DNA of 63,373 nucleotides, counting the filler, from Octopus bimaculoides (taxonomy: Eukaryota): the NCBI RefSeq assembly GCF_001194135.2. It is 7 parts of 5 records of this genome, joined end to end, with 100 filler letters (N's around TTAATTAATTAA, not from the genome) between each part and the next. Parts side by side here need not be neighbours in the genome. Positions count along the whole stretch, not along the records: positions 19,300 to 37,322 come from NC_068983.1; 6 more parts are not named here. One strand, given 5' to 3'. Both the position numbers and the translations under genes were made by a program. This document shows, piece after piece, positions 23,400 to 37,322 of the stretch. Positions within the stretch are counted from its first letter, which is position 1, and the number at the start of each line of letters is the position of its first letter. Below the pieces are notes generated by a model, which saw only the letters and a program-made list of their open reading frames with translations, ran no database searches and had not been told where the DNA came from.

Positions 23400-24654
23400 G
23401 TGCGTGTGTGTGGTTGGGGTTACTCTAACCCCTCTCACACCATCCAACCGTTTTTAATGATTTTTGGCACATGTTAGATCACATGTCCTGAAGTTCAAAT
23501 AACGACGGAATTTTTCGAAAACTCGATAATGCTCAGTTGGCATCAATTTTTGTGAGCTCAATCGCGCGTTTGAATGGAAATTCCCATAACGATGTTATTT
23601 TTCCTGCAGCTTTTGCATTTTCTGTTCGATTTAGATGAAAATCGATAAGTGAGCGAGGCTTATGGCAATGAGTTGATATCAGTATATGACGTTGACAAAA
23701 AATTGATAATTGCGCCTGAGCAGTGGTTTTGCAAATACCTATATGGATTTTCTCTTTGGCCGTAACTTTTATATTTTTTATCCGATTTTAATGAAATTTG
23801 AGATGTAGGTACATTTTGTGGTGCGGGAGACGGTAAAAGTGTTTATTTAATTCTAAAGTATTTGAAAAGGGCACACATGCAAATAAGCATTTCCTTGGAG
23901 ACATTCTTATCGATTTTGTAGAAATTTTACACGTGATTACAGTTTATATCCATTCGTTCATGCCAGCATGAAAAGTTGAAAAAAATCGATAATTGCCCGT
24001 GAGCGGGGGATTTTAAGAAATCAATAGGCTTTTTGTATGCAATTACCCACAGGATTAATATTTTATGCTGTAACTTTTACAGAATTTACCCGATTTTGAT
24101 GAAATTTGACATTTAGGTAAAGTTTATGGTCGGAGTCATTAAAATAAACTGTTTAGAGGCAGAAATCGTCAAAATTCATTCACAATAAAATAATGAACTG
24201 ATTTTGAAGAAAATTGACCCTTGAGTAAAGTTAAGCACTTTGGCATATGAAACATCGATTATTCATATAATGTATTGGGATTTAAAAGTCAATAGGATAT
24301 TTTCATGTAAATGGTCACATGGATTTTATGACATAGCCTTAACAATTTTCTTCGGATTTTGTTGAGATTGGACACGCTGATCAATTTTGTACAGAGGGTG
24401 GCATTCAGGGAAGAGAAATAAACAAACATCACTCTCAATGAGTCGAGGTACACACAAAAGTTTGACTGGAATTTCAGGCGGTCCAGTATGTAGGAATATG
24501 TCGAAAGCGTTAAACAGGTAAAATCCCTACCGAACTAGACATAGCATCTTAACGAGTCATAGTTGGCACGGGAAACGTAGAAGATTTCAATCAAGGTCAG
24601 AGGTGGGCTTAACTTCAACACGGAAAACACGAGCAATGCCGAGTCCAACAGCTA

Positions 24655-24655
<1 letters not shown>
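23400..24655 (+). mobile_element. Non-autonomous Helitron-like element
   Basis: 3' end 'cacgagcaatgccgagtccaacagCTAG|T'; internal repeated 'ccgatttt.atgaaatttga' and 'tcgataa' blocks; (GT)n upstream. 5' boundary uncertain. Confidence 0.55.
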
Positions 24656-24728
<73 letters not shown>

Positions 24729-25399
24729 ACACACACACTTGTTTTCAAATTGTGCTATTAATATTTTTCAAGAATTCAAAAAAAAAATTGAATATTAACA
24801 TGTATTTGTCCTTATAACATTTTGAATTAGATATTTATGAAAATAAGCATTTATATTCATCATAAATACCATTTTATGCTTTTAATAATATTCCTTCGTT
24901 TATAAATAGTTTTAATTCGGAATATAAATCACCAAATATTAAAAGTAATTTTCATTAATTTAATAGTTTATGTATTTTACTTTCCTTTCATGTTTGTGTT
25001 GATAGCATATTGAGGCAAGAGGCATTCGATTTAGAAAATGCTAAACATAAAGAACCCAAGCAATGCTTAAATGCATGAAACAAAAACTTAGATATTTTAA
25101 TTGATAACTTATTCATCTTTCATGTGACTAAAATATTACGAATGTACATAAAAGTTTCTAATATTTTTCCCTCAGTATAATTACAGTTTATTGAATTATG
25201 CTAAATACTAGAGATATTTCTTTTGATCATGTAATCTAATTGTTTCGGGCATATTGTCTGTCTCTGAATGAATTAGGAGGACAATTGAAGATTGATTGAA
25301 ACAACTATAATTGCGTTTTATGCCTTTTGTCATTATATATTAGAAGCGGATATTTCTATATCAAATGTTGTTAATTGTCGTTACTTTGTATGTAGTAAA

Positions 25400-28200
25400 G
25401 TACATTGCAGAATATAAATGATTTTTGTTCATAAGAAAAGACAATTGTAAGAATGGACCCAATCAAAAAACATGTGCAACGATCTTAAATGTTTGCCGGT
25501 ACTTCTGTTTGTTCGGCAATTTCAACAATCTCAAAGCTATGCTTAGAAGACATCGTAATTGTCTTTACATGACAAGAATACCAACACAAATAAAGGAGGA
25601 ACAGTGATGTATTCGGTATCACATCAGATTGGAGGATATTGATTCGTACTTTACAAAAAATTGAAGGTCACGATGATAAGAACTATCGATAATTGTTGAA
25701 TGGTTTTTGGGGATGTACGAAATATGGTTTTCAAATATATGGAATATCACACCAATTAACATATTTCTATATGCCTACGTATGCTACAGGTGCAAAGATA
25801 CTCGTTGACACCATAAAAACAAGCGAAGACGAGAATAATTTATTTTTAAAAAATCATTAATTTATTAAGAAATCAATTAACTTCTTAACATATTAGTATA
25901 CTCTCTAAAGAACTCGAATTCACACAACTACAACGAAATGTAAGCCATTTCCTAATTAAGACTCACAGAAGAATTGTACGACAAGAAAGACTATGAATCG
26001 ATGGTAAGATACAACAGCAACTACAACACACCAAATAGTAAGAACAAAACCGTCGACAATTTCAATTAATATATTTTGATTTACCCATAACAACACACGC
26101 ACAAACAAAAAGACAAACTGAACTTCAGCTGAAATAAATGGGACGGTTGAAAAGTATTAAAAAAATTATAAAGAAATAACAGTTACAGAGGCCGTTAAAG
26201 GAAATGCAGTAGTCTTGAAGAATACAGAATATTATGAAAACTTTGGGTTGTCCATGTTAAAAGACTATGCATACTCTGAAAAGATCCAAAACAACAGTAA
26301 AAAAAAACAATGTGAAAACTAAGAATATTAATACACATATATCGATGACTCACCGACAAAGGGTACGATTGTATTAACAAATTCAGATGTAAACCTAGCC
26401 TCTTATATGACATACCAAATGTTAACGGAAGGGAAGTTATGAGTGGAGCATGCCAAGCCGCCACTCAATATCTCCTCACCAAATCTGAAATTGAGACGAA
26501 TAACAACTGGTCCGACGTGTGAAGCCAAGTGTTTGAGTAATTTCTTAGATACCCTGCTAAAGCCATTCTTCAAGCATATCAGAAGTTTCATATGAGATGA
26601 TTCAGATATATTACACCACCTCCCGAAAACACAGATGACATAGTAAACCATTATTAAAACGTCCCTCACGACTTAAATTCTAGTTGCATAATTATACACG
26701 TGAGTACCCCCATCGCATGAAAAATGAATTTATGATAGGACTAAAATTTATTCTAGAAAAAAACGATTTTATGCTCAATTATAAAGTTTTCCGACAAACC
26801 TCTGAGACAGCAATGGTGACGAAAACAGCCCCTTCCTATACGAATTTAGTTATGAGCTACATAGAGATTATGCTATACAAGCAATAGTAGGGATATATGG
26901 AACCATTTTCTATATACATTCAAGAAAATTAGAAAAGGTACCTCTACAATTGCTTCATTCTCTAGAATGATATAGAATAGCTAAAAGAATTTGAAGCAAT
27001 CCGCAATGGAATTAATAAAAGTATTCCATTCGAAATGGGATATAACCATAACTAACTCCCTTTTTAGATATCTTTGTAAGGATAGTTAACAATGAAATAG
27101 AGACAGACATTTACTATAAAACTATGGGCTCCAAACAATATTTTGCATTCATTTCATACCATCAAAGGCACATCAGAATAAATTTCCTTCATAACCTACC
27201 CAAAAGATGTAAGCGACCAAGAACTAAAAGTTGCACTTCTTAACAGGAATTACCCAAGCCAAGAAATTAGGTATCCAGGGACTACGACAAATTAAACAAA
27301 GAAATAAATAGGAACTGAAGATCTTACTATACATTTACACCTACAATACCCAAACTAATGAGACCTACAACACAATATCCTAAAGCACAGTGATACTAAG
27401 AAAAGACCCCAAATTGAATCAAATTCTCCAAACATATATCATCATAAAGAGTAAAATACAACCCACATCAAAGAAAAAACACTAAAGAATGCCTGACATT
27501 GCACAATAACTGCAAAACGAACAGTAAATGTGCAGAAGACCCAATTATGGTAAGTGCCTTAACTGTTCGTTTTACGGTTATTGTGCGATGTCAGGCGTTC
27601 GTTAGTGTTTTTTCATTGAGTGGAATCTGAAAGCTTAATCTATGCAATAATACATTCAAGATGTGGAAGACATTACATTGATCAGACGGGAAACGCTTTG
27701 CAACAACGCATTATCCGACATAGATCTCAAAATACAGAAATGCAGTTACTACAGGCAAGTAACACTCATACTTTACGGTTTTACCTCTGTATAAATTTAG
27801 CGATAACATAATTCAACTGCAATGCTTCACCAAAGAAATATCCTTCATAAGCAAATTCCAACCACATTTAAATTCCTGAGACAGAGAAAGAGAAAAGACG
27901 ATCACCAACACTACTGCAACCCCTGATAAAATATCCACAACGACTGCTACTAGTTAGAGGGTCAAGTACTATAGACACTAGCTACTATCGCTAAAGTCTT
28001 ACCTATTGTTCCCTTCCCTAACAGCCGATCACTACTGCTACTAATTGCTAACCACTAACAATCAGAATGAAATGAAATACCAACACAATGATGCTTTTCT
28101 GAGAAAAACATCGTAACACCGATAAGTAATATTATGAAAGATTAATTTATTTTCATTTATTTCAATTTATTTTCTTTTTATTTGAGTATGACTAGATCGT
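25400..28200 (+). mobile_element. Penelope-like element (RT and GIY-YIG), heavily degraded
   Basis: KLRRITTGPTCEAKCLSNFLDTLLKPF, FRQTSETAMVTKTAPSYTNLVMSYIE, LPFLDIFV...TDIYYKT, LIYAI...CGRHYIDQTGNALQQRI..HR. Ends approximate. Confidence 0.75.
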
Positions 28201-28599
28201 CTTTTTAAAATGAACGAAGACAGTGGCAGCTTACCTTAAAAATATAAATTCTAGTTTGCTCTTTTTACTTTCATAAAGTTTTCAAAGCATTTCCTTTATA
28301 TTTTTTCAATATAAATTATTTTCGCCTAAAACCTCTTCNNNNNNNNNNNNNNNNNNNNNNNNNNNNNNNNNNNNNNNNNNNNNNNNNNNNNNNNNNNNNN
28401 NNNNNNNNNNNNNNNNNNNNNNNNNNNNNNNNNNNNNNNNNNNNNNNNNNNNNNNNNNNNNNNNNATATATATATATATACATGTATGTATCTCTTCAAT
28501 TTTTTAATTATTATAAAACTTCCACTTAGGAGGGAACCGGTTTCCAACAAAGATACAAGGGTCCGTTTTTGCGATCTTGGGATGTAGATAACAAAGACA

Positions 28600-29240
28600 A
28601 ATTCACATTTGAAACTTGAGAAAAACCTTGTATATTTTTACTGTTCCACTCACAGATTGAACTTGTAATGTACGAATCAGCCTGGTGTTCCAATTATTAT
28701 TGGTATGAATATGAATTCATAGTCTGGATATAGAAGCTGGAGGTTCCGAAGCAGTTGTCCATAGATATCTTCTTTTTCTTAAATTTTCAAAGAGATATTC
28801 ATACCTGCAAGGCAGCTAACCTTTATGATGGTACATACCTTTGCCCCTCTGTACCAAACAACAATATCCGATCTGTTATGTTTATATTTGACAGAGGTTT
28901 TGATGGGAATATTCCACCAATATTCCTGCAGCTGATGTTTATGAGTGTATTCCATAACAGAGGGATTTTCTAAGTTTATTTCAGGACAATCTTTTTTTTT
29001 TCGGATAGCATTGTAAATTGTTTTAGCAACAACATCGTGTCGCATAGGAAGGTAGTACCGTGACGACATTTTTGGACAGCTGTTAAATCACATGCGTGAT
29101 GTCTTCCACAGAAACATGACATCGCCTACACATGCGATTGCACCTTGGGATTACAAGAGCTTCACTGTCTCTCTTATTCATCAGGTACTTTGTGGCAGTC
29201 TCCTGTTCCTGGATTGCAAACGCATAGCCTTCAAAGTGTG
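28600..29240 (-). mobile_element. R4/Dong-like (RLE) non-LTR retrotransposon C-terminal remnant
   Basis: FEGYAFAIQEQE, CRRCHVSVEDITHV, RYYLPMRHDVVAK, HNRSDIVVW, FIPIIIG. Confidence 0.8.
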
Positions 29241-29251
29241 ATGTGATGTAG

Positions 29252-29285
<34 letters not shown>

Positions 29286-29602
29286 TGCATGTATGTATGC
29301 ATGTAACAATTATAGTTTAACGGGCAGTTCTACAACTTGTGACTCTCACGCAGCATTTTCTCAGTTTTTCACTTCCATTCACTTACAATGACCCTTTTGA
29401 AGTTGTAGTGACGGAGAAAGAAGATAAAAGCATATCAGAAGCTGACAGATGGACATAGTAGCTTTATATGGATATTCCGTATTTCTCTCATGATACATTT
29501 AAAATCACTATCCTGCAATATATAATCGCCAATCACAAACTAGTTGTATATATTATCAGATTATACATACACGCACATATAATCACGCACACACACACAC
29601 AC

Positions 29603-29640
<38 letters not shown>

Positions 29641-31649
29641 NNNNNNNNNNNNNNNNNNNNNNNNNNNNNNNNNNNNNNNNNNNNNNNNNNNNNNNNNNNN
29701 NNNNNNNNNNNNNNNNNNNNNNNNNNNNNNNNNNNNNNNNNNNNNNNNNNNNNNNNNNNNNNNNNNNNNNNNNNNNATATATATCAGTGTCTAACGGAAT
29801 TAATGCAGTTACTGATGTTTATATTCAACCAATATGAAGATGAAAGACAAACACGACACCGGTGAAATTTGAACTTATACGATAAAACTACATATATTTA
29901 ATGTTCTTCTACAACATTCTACCGTTACGCTCCAAGAACAACCTTTTCAGTTAATATATATTAATTACGAGAATCTTCTTTAGAAAATAACATATTTCAC
30001 TTAATGTTTACATCTCCGATTATGTAGAAATAGTTGAGTTGGATAAGGTTCTATTGTAGCCGAATTTCATCGATTTAATGCAAAAGATCGGAGATCAAGA
30101 GGTCAAGAGTGATGAGAACTTGAGTCTTTATAATCACGCCAAGAATTTGACCTCTTCATTTTTGTTTTAAATGTTATATCATAAAATCTGCTCTGCTAGC
30201 AGAAGAATGTTTACTTTCCCAGACTGCTTCTTTTTATCAGCGCATATGAGATTATCAAAAGGTCGATAGTCGGGTTGACGGATGAGTGAGTGAACTGTGT
30301 TGGCTGTGATGGGTGAAAATGCTTAAACGAATATTGTTGCTTTCATGAAGACAGTTTTATCATCAGCATTAGCAATTTACTTTTCAATCCCCATCAATAT
30401 TTAATCAACCTATCGATTTCGATGATAGAAAATGGAAATGGCGTATCGATCGTTTATCTATTCGAAGGTCAATAGCTACTTTGATTTCTTTGCTCTTACG
30501 TTATAGTTAGAACGGGGAATTTCGATAAGTTTGTTTGCTTGTTTGTTTGTTTGTTTTCAAATTTAATAACTTGGTTTACGCTGTTATCACTGCACATTGA
30601 ATTATAGAACAATAAAACGGTCCAGTCTTATTTATCTTCTTTGCAGATTTTCCTTCAAGGAAGAATGAAGCTGACCAATAATTTGGCAGGCACGTATCTC
30701 ATTTAGAAAGATAATCGTTTATTGATGCTTCTATGTGTTATCATTAGTTTAAAATAAGTTATATACAGGTTCGTCCAACTAATCATGATATAGCTGATTA
30801 TGAATATGATTTATAAGATATAAGTTTTGCGGTTACTGTAACTGTATTCTCCAGTTATCATTATGTTATACCAAAGACATCCCAGTTATGATATCTTTTT
30901 CAGACTACGTGTACCCACCACTACACTATGCAATGTATCGTTTTCCATTACCCACGGCGAGGTTTGATTTCTGGAATACTTTGCTGTTATTTCTAGTAGA
31001 TCAAGCGACAACATGGAAACTCGCTCGCTGGTTTGTAATCAATGCTATACGAAAGAAAATAAGAAAGTAAAGCAAACTATAAACAGAGTATAATATTTTC
31101 CCTCGGGTTTCTATGTCAAAATGCCAGTGGCTACGTTGCTGAATTTTGTCTCCAAGTTGTGAAATTAATTACTTGTGATATTCTGAGATACTTTTCTTCG
31201 ATTATAATCTACTCATTCATGTTCATCTTATGCATCGGTGATATAGATTGTTACTAAGTGATGTTATGTCAAAACAAAAACAAAACAAAATATATATTCA
31301 TAATCCAAGCTTTTTTTATTGTTCGTTTCGTCTGGAGACTATGCGCATTCACAGACCTTCAGGGATCAGCGAGAATTCACATTAGAAAAATCTCTGCTTA
31401 AAATTTTGTAATTGAGACAAGTGCAGGAAAGACGAATACGCGGTAGGAATTACAGAAATGCAGCATTATGGAGTGTGTGATGGTTAATGCGATGCCTAGG
31501 TTGATGAGCATGCTATCGATGATGAGACAAACTGACGAGATGCCGGAGGAGATTTCCGCCCCGACATCCGAAACTCGGAGTTTTATTATGGCAACCGAAT
31601 AATTGTCACATATTATTTTACAGATAAATTCCTCTATCTACATGATATC

Positions 31650-33530
31650 GAGGTCTCATTCATTCTTTTGTTGTCATACTATTACTATTAATGCTTTCAG
31701 GAATGCTTTCAGAAAGCATTTACGAGCACCTTGACAACCAAAATTTACTGCCAGAACAACTGAAAGGTTGCAGAGAGAAGGCTAGAGGAACGCATCATCT
31801 ATTATACATATAAAAAGCAGTTCTAAATGAAGTAAAAGCTAGAAAAAATTCACAATAGCATGGATATATTATAAGAAAGTGAATAGTTTAATACATTCCG
31901 TATAGCAGACAATATAAGAGAATTAATGAGCTGTAGCATGAAGAAATGGCAAGTAGATCTCTACTCAAGTGATATACTCTTTGGAAAAGCTAATATCAAA
32001 AGAGGAATTTTCCAAGGGGACTCGTTGTCCCCTTTAATATTTGTCTTATGCTTGATATTAAGGGAGGTAAAGGCCGGGTATCAGTTTAGGAATAGTTGGG
32101 GGAAAATTAGCGATTTGCTCTACATGGCTGATCTGAAGCTTTTAGTAGAAATGAAAAAGAGATAGATTCCTTAATACAGACTGTAAGACACTTCAGCAAA
32201 GGGATAGGCATGGAATTTGCCATAAATAAGTGTGCAAATTAGTCATGAGAAGGATACAGGTAGTCAACAGTGAAGGCATCCAGTTACCAGAAGGCCAGAC
32301 ATTAAAATCATTGAAAGGAGGAGAGAGTTATAAGTATCTAGGAGTATTAGAATCTGACAGGGTACTAACCTCAGAAATGCAAAGAAAAATTGGGAAGTAC
32401 ACTAGAAGGGTGAGGAAGCTAATGAAGTGAAAGCTAAATGGTTCGAATCTAGGGACAGAAGAACTAGGAAGAAATTCAATAGGAATGGAGGACTGTAGCA
32501 AGAGGGCAGGGGTAGGAAGATTATACCTACATAGAAAGGAAGGCGGGAGGAGGTTAATATCAGCAGAAGACTGCGTGGAGTTAACTAGAGTAGTTATAGA
32601 ATCCTATGTAGGTAATAGTGAAAAAAAGTTTATTAAAAGCTGCTAGAGTCACTGCAAGGCATAGGGAAACCAGAAACCCAAACGAAGTTAAAAACAAAAA
32701 GAAAGAACAGAAAATACCTGACTGGCAGGAGAATGTGTTGCATGGTAAATTCCCAAAGATAGTTACAGCAAATTGTAGTAGTGAGACATGGTTATGATTG
32801 CAGTAAGGAAAGCTGAAGAGAGAGACAGAAAGTTTCTTAGTAGCTGCACAAGATCAAGCATTAAGGATTAATTGGATAAACACCAAGATAGACAAAAACC
32901 AAGTAGAATTCCAATGTAGATTAGGCAAATCAAAAGAGGAAAGTGAGACTCACACAGTGAGTGAATATAGCATGCTGGCACAGAAAGAACACAAGAAAAG
33001 ACATGACAATGTAGGGAGAGTAATCCACTGGGAGCTATGAAGAAAGCTAGAATTTGATCATACTGATAAATGGTATGAACATGAACTTAGTAAAGTACTA
33101 GAAAGTAAGAAATATAACATGTTGTGATAATTTAACATTCAGACTGATAGAGTAACAGAAGCCTGAAGGCCTGTTTTAGTAGCAATGGTAGATAACGAGA
33201 ATAGAAATTGCCAGATAATTGACTTTACAGTCCCAAATGATGAATATATTCACATGAGATGTATAGAAAAATAGCAAATACCAGAACCTAGTTATTGAAT
33301 TACAGAGACTATGTATAGTATAGGTAAAATGTATCCCAGTAGTTATAGGTGCATTGGGAACTATCCCTAAATATCTGAACAGGTGGATAGAGGAAATAGG
33401 CATAAGACCCAGTTTAGTACAGCTCCAGAAAACAGTGTTATTAGGGACAGCTACGATACTTAGGAGGGTTCTTGGCATCTAAGGTTACTTGTTGTAGCCC
33501 AATGTTAGGATCTTTTCTTTTCCAACAGCC
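31650..33530 (+). mobile_element. R4/Dong-like non-LTR retrotransposon, 5'-truncated (RT, zinc knuckle, RLE), degraded
   Basis: IKRGIFQGDSLSPLIF, LLYMADLKL, YKYLGVLE, AAQDQALR, KRHDNVGRVIHWEL, PVVIGALGTIPK...LQKTVLLGTATILRRVLGI*. Confidence 0.85.
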
Positions 33531-33552
33531 TAATCTGTTGAGTGTATGGATA

Positions 33553-33608
<56 letters not shown>

Positions 33609-33623
33609 ATGATAATAATAATG

Positions 33624-33687
<64 letters not shown>

Positions 33688-33740
33688 CAGCAATAATATT
33701 AATAATAAAAACAATAACAACAACAACAAAAATAATAACA
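33553..33740 (+). repeat. Compound (TAG)n(AAT)n(AAC)n microsatellite
   Basis: Direct reading. Confidence 0.95.
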
Positions 33741-33799
33741 CGAGCCAATCCCCTAATGCCACCCTAAAGTTTAACTTTTCCATAAATTGTACAGCATCA

Positions 33800-34290
33800 T
33801 CTCTTTCCACAACTAACTCACATATGACAGATAGCTGCAACTACCGGCCTGGAACCGATTGCCCAGTGCAAGCCCATTGCAGAAGGTTTAATGGGATATA
33901 TAATGCATTGGCCACAACATATCACACACCTCTACTAGCTATTACAGCGGGTCTACTTTTGATTTTCAAAAGAGATATTCTGCACATCTAAACTCATTTA
34001 AATATGAGGAGCATAGCAAATCTACGTCCCGACCCAACCACATACAACATCTGATAGATAAGAAAATACCATATAGGATATCCTGGGCCATAATAAATTC
34101 TGGAGTCCCATACCAAGGCCAACGCTGTATGTGTGTACTCTGCCTGAAAGAAGCCCTCCAAATACTAGTTCATAATTCACCACAATTACTCAATAAACAA
34201 CACGCAGTGTTCTCTACTTGTAAATATAAATTCTATCGCACCTTTAGATTCTTCCATAGGTCCAAGTGCAAGCAAAATCAACACACATAA
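33800..34290 (+). mobile_element. Penelope-like element GIY-YIG endonuclease remnant
   Basis: SCNYRPGTDCPV; YSGSTFDFQKRYSAHLNSFKYEEHSKSTS; ISWAII...CMCVLCLKEALQIL...LLNKQHAVFSTCK. Confidence 0.75.
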
Positions 34291-34570
34291 CTCTTGCCTA
34301 TATGCATCCACGGTCGTTACAATGTACGTATGCATTTTCGTTTCTTTTCTATCAACATAAGTAACTAAGAAACTAGCTAGCTGCAATAATCTTTAATTAA
34401 TTATTTTTAATTATTAATTCTTTAATTTTTATCGTTTATCCATTTAATTGTATTTTTATCCTATATATACTTCCTTAAGCTAGGCATCTATTTTTAGCTG
34501 CCCCTACTGACCACTGAACTAAATTTTCTTTCTGACCACACCGAACCTAGAATTCATCTATTTAATTAAT

Positions 34571-34878
34571 AGAATGAATGAGAGCGAAAGTAAAATAAAA
34601 ATTTTAAAAATTAAAAATATGAATAAAGATAAGATGCCAGTATTATTCTTCGTAAAGGCCGGTTCCGGGTGAGAAGTCAGGCATTAAAGTTTTGATAAAG
34701 TGGAGGAGGAAGGTATTTATGTCTATTAATTAGACATAAATATCTTCGTCCACTTTACAAAAGCCTTAATGCTTGACCTCTCACCCGGAACCGACCCTTA
34801 CGAAGAATAATACTAGCATCTTATCTTTATTTTCTTTTTTTTTTTTTGTTTCATTTTACTTTCGGTCTCATTCGTTCT
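34571..34878. repeat. About 308-bp near-perfect fold-back palindrome centred near 34728
   Basis: Arms are complementary from 'gtcta' / 'tagac' (5-nt loop) out to 'agaatgaatgagagcgaaag' / 'ctttcggtctcattcgttct'. Confidence 0.9.
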
Positions 34879-37322
34879 TTCCCACACCTATCCCATTTCT
34901 TTCTTTTCTCTCTTTCTTCTCTCTCTTTTATCCACTCACTCACAACCCATATCAGTCTATCATGGTGTCTGACTTTCTCACTCTATATACCCACGTGATC
35001 CATTTTCATACTACTTGATCACTTAATTCTATTCCTTCAGCATGAAAGCAACATTCAACGTACTGCCAAAATACTGCCTGGATTTACCTGGGATTATTTA
35101 TATCTAAGAGCCTATACGTTTACGGAAGCACGGACCAATCTCCATACTCTCAGGAAGAAAACGAGCAGTGAACTTTATTCTCCTGTCTGTATTCTTCTAT
35201 CTACTGTTTTTCTCTTTATACTTGTATCTATTCCTTATAAACTGTGAATTTCCCTGATCTTTCATGCATACTCATCTTGCCTCTGTTGACGGAATACACA
35301 GTATACGGACATGCTAGCCTATCACTTAGGATATCCCAGAAACAGCTATAAGACTTCAAATTCACCTTATCATAATTAAATATTCTAAATGACTTGAGAT
35401 ACCTGTCTTTCCTTGGTTTTTGTTGTCCTTTTTCTTCTAATATAATATTTTACCTGCTAACTCGGAAGCCTAGCACAGATTCTTAGCTCCAGCCTCAGCT
35501 GTGAACTTGGGATCTAACGGATGACAAATTATAGCACTTACTCAGCGTACCTATTCGCTTAGATCACCAGTAAACTAAACGCCTCATTTTCTTTGCATAT
35601 ATGTGTGTGTATGTATGTGTGTGTGTGCGTGTGTGTGTGTGTGCGTGCGCGTGCGTGTGTATCCTATATGTATTCACACCTTTAGTCAAGTTTAGTTCAC
35701 GACTAACTTTCATATATNNNNNNNNNNNNNNNNNNNNNNNNNNNNNNNNNNNNNNNNNNNNNNNNNNNNNNNNNNNNNNNNNNNNNNNNNNNNNNNNNNN
35801 NNNNNNNNNNNNNNNNNNNNNNNNNNNNNNNNNNNNNNNNNNNNNNNNNNNNNNNNNNNNNNNNNNNNNNNNNNNNNNNNNNNNNNNNNNNNNNNNNNNN
35901 NNNNNNNNNNNNNNNNNNNNNNNNNNNNNNNNNNNNNNNNNNNNNNNNNNNNNNNNNNNNNNNNNNNNNNNNNNNNNNNNNNNNNNNNNNNNNNNNNNNN
36001 NNNNNNNNNNNNNNNNNNNNNNNNNNNNNNNNNNNNNNNNNNNNNNNNNNNNNNNNNNNNNNNNNNNNNNNNNNNNNNNNNNNNNNNNNNNNNNNNNNNN
36101 NNNNNNNNNNNNNNNNNNNNNNNNNNNNNNNNNNNNNNNNNNNNNNNNNNNNNNNNNNNNNNNNNNNNNNNNNNNNNNNNNNNNNNNNNNNNNNNNNNNN
36201 NNNNNNNNNNNNNNNNNNNNNNNNNNNNNNNNNNNNNNNNNNNNNNNNNNNNNNNNNNNNNNNNNNNNNNNNNNNNNNNNNNNNNNNNNNNNNNNNNNNN
36301 NNNNNNNNNNNNNNNNNNNNNNNNNNNNNNNNNNNNNNNNNNNNNNNNNNNNNNNNNNNNNNNNNNNNNNNNNNNNNNNNNNNNNNNNNNNNNNNNNNNN
36401 NNNNNNNNNNNNNNNNNNNNNNNNNNNNNNNNNNNNNNNNNNNNNNNNNNNNNNNNNNNNNNNNNNNNNNNNNNNNNNNNNNNNNNNNNNNTGAAGGGTA
36501 GTGGCGGACCGAAAACAAGACAGGAAAACGAAACGGTGAAATAAACAAACAAAAAGGCTGTACAGACAGACGTGAAGTGTGTATGTCTTGAACGCTGTGA
36601 AGCACGTACAGGAAGGGCAAAGAAGTACGTGCGAGCCTGGTGATTCCAAGAACAAAAAGGAATAGCAGCCGGACACACGTGACCAAGGCTGTATGAAGAG
36701 AAAGAGTAGCAGAGGGAAAAGGAGGGGAGGAAGTAGAATAAAAGTGAGCAACGAGAGGTAGAGAGAGAGAGATAGTAGTAGTAACGGTGAGAGGCGAAGG
36801 ACGAGTAACAAGAGAGAGAGAGAGAAGTAGTGACAGGTAGAGGCGAAGAACAGTAGAGGGAAGAATGAGAGGGGGAGATGTGTGTTTGTATGTATATGTG
36901 TATGTGTATGTGTATATATATATGTGTGTGCGTGTATGCGTATGTATGTATGTGTGTGCGTGTACGCAATCTCACTCTAACACACTTGTGTTAGTCAGAT
37001 TCGCACCATACGCACACGAAACACATCATCGAAACATCAAACGCAGCGAAACACTTTTTTTTTCTTCGGGCATCAGTTTTTATCGTTTTATTGATTTATA
37101 TAAGGGTGAGAGTTCGGTTTTGACAGTGTGAAGCTAATTTATTGGTCCCCAAGTTACGCTACAAATTTGCCACGGGTCGGGGAACAACAGTCCACTTCTA
37201 TTTTTGTTTCTTATTACCAGAAGACCTTTTCCAACCCGCCCATCATCTGACAAATGGAGGTGTGAGGGTCGTGAATGGGGCGATAGCAGGCTGTCAGCTA
37301 ATAGCATATATATATATATATA

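Noticed and set aside
28090-28130. Hammerhead in the 3' region of the 25.4-28.2 kb PLE
   Set aside because: Only CTGAGA...CGTAAC remains; too degenerate.
30098-30155. C/D snoRNA (GTGATGA inside an agaggtcaa/ttgacctct inverted repeat)
   Set aside because: No CTGA D box, the stem is not adjacent to the C box, and no host gene is known.
30643-31066. Chain of small plus-strand exons (MKLTNNLA / DYVYPPLHY... / SLVCNQCYTKE)
   Set aside because: It needs a GC donor and an intron of about 35 nt, and no homology is recognisable.
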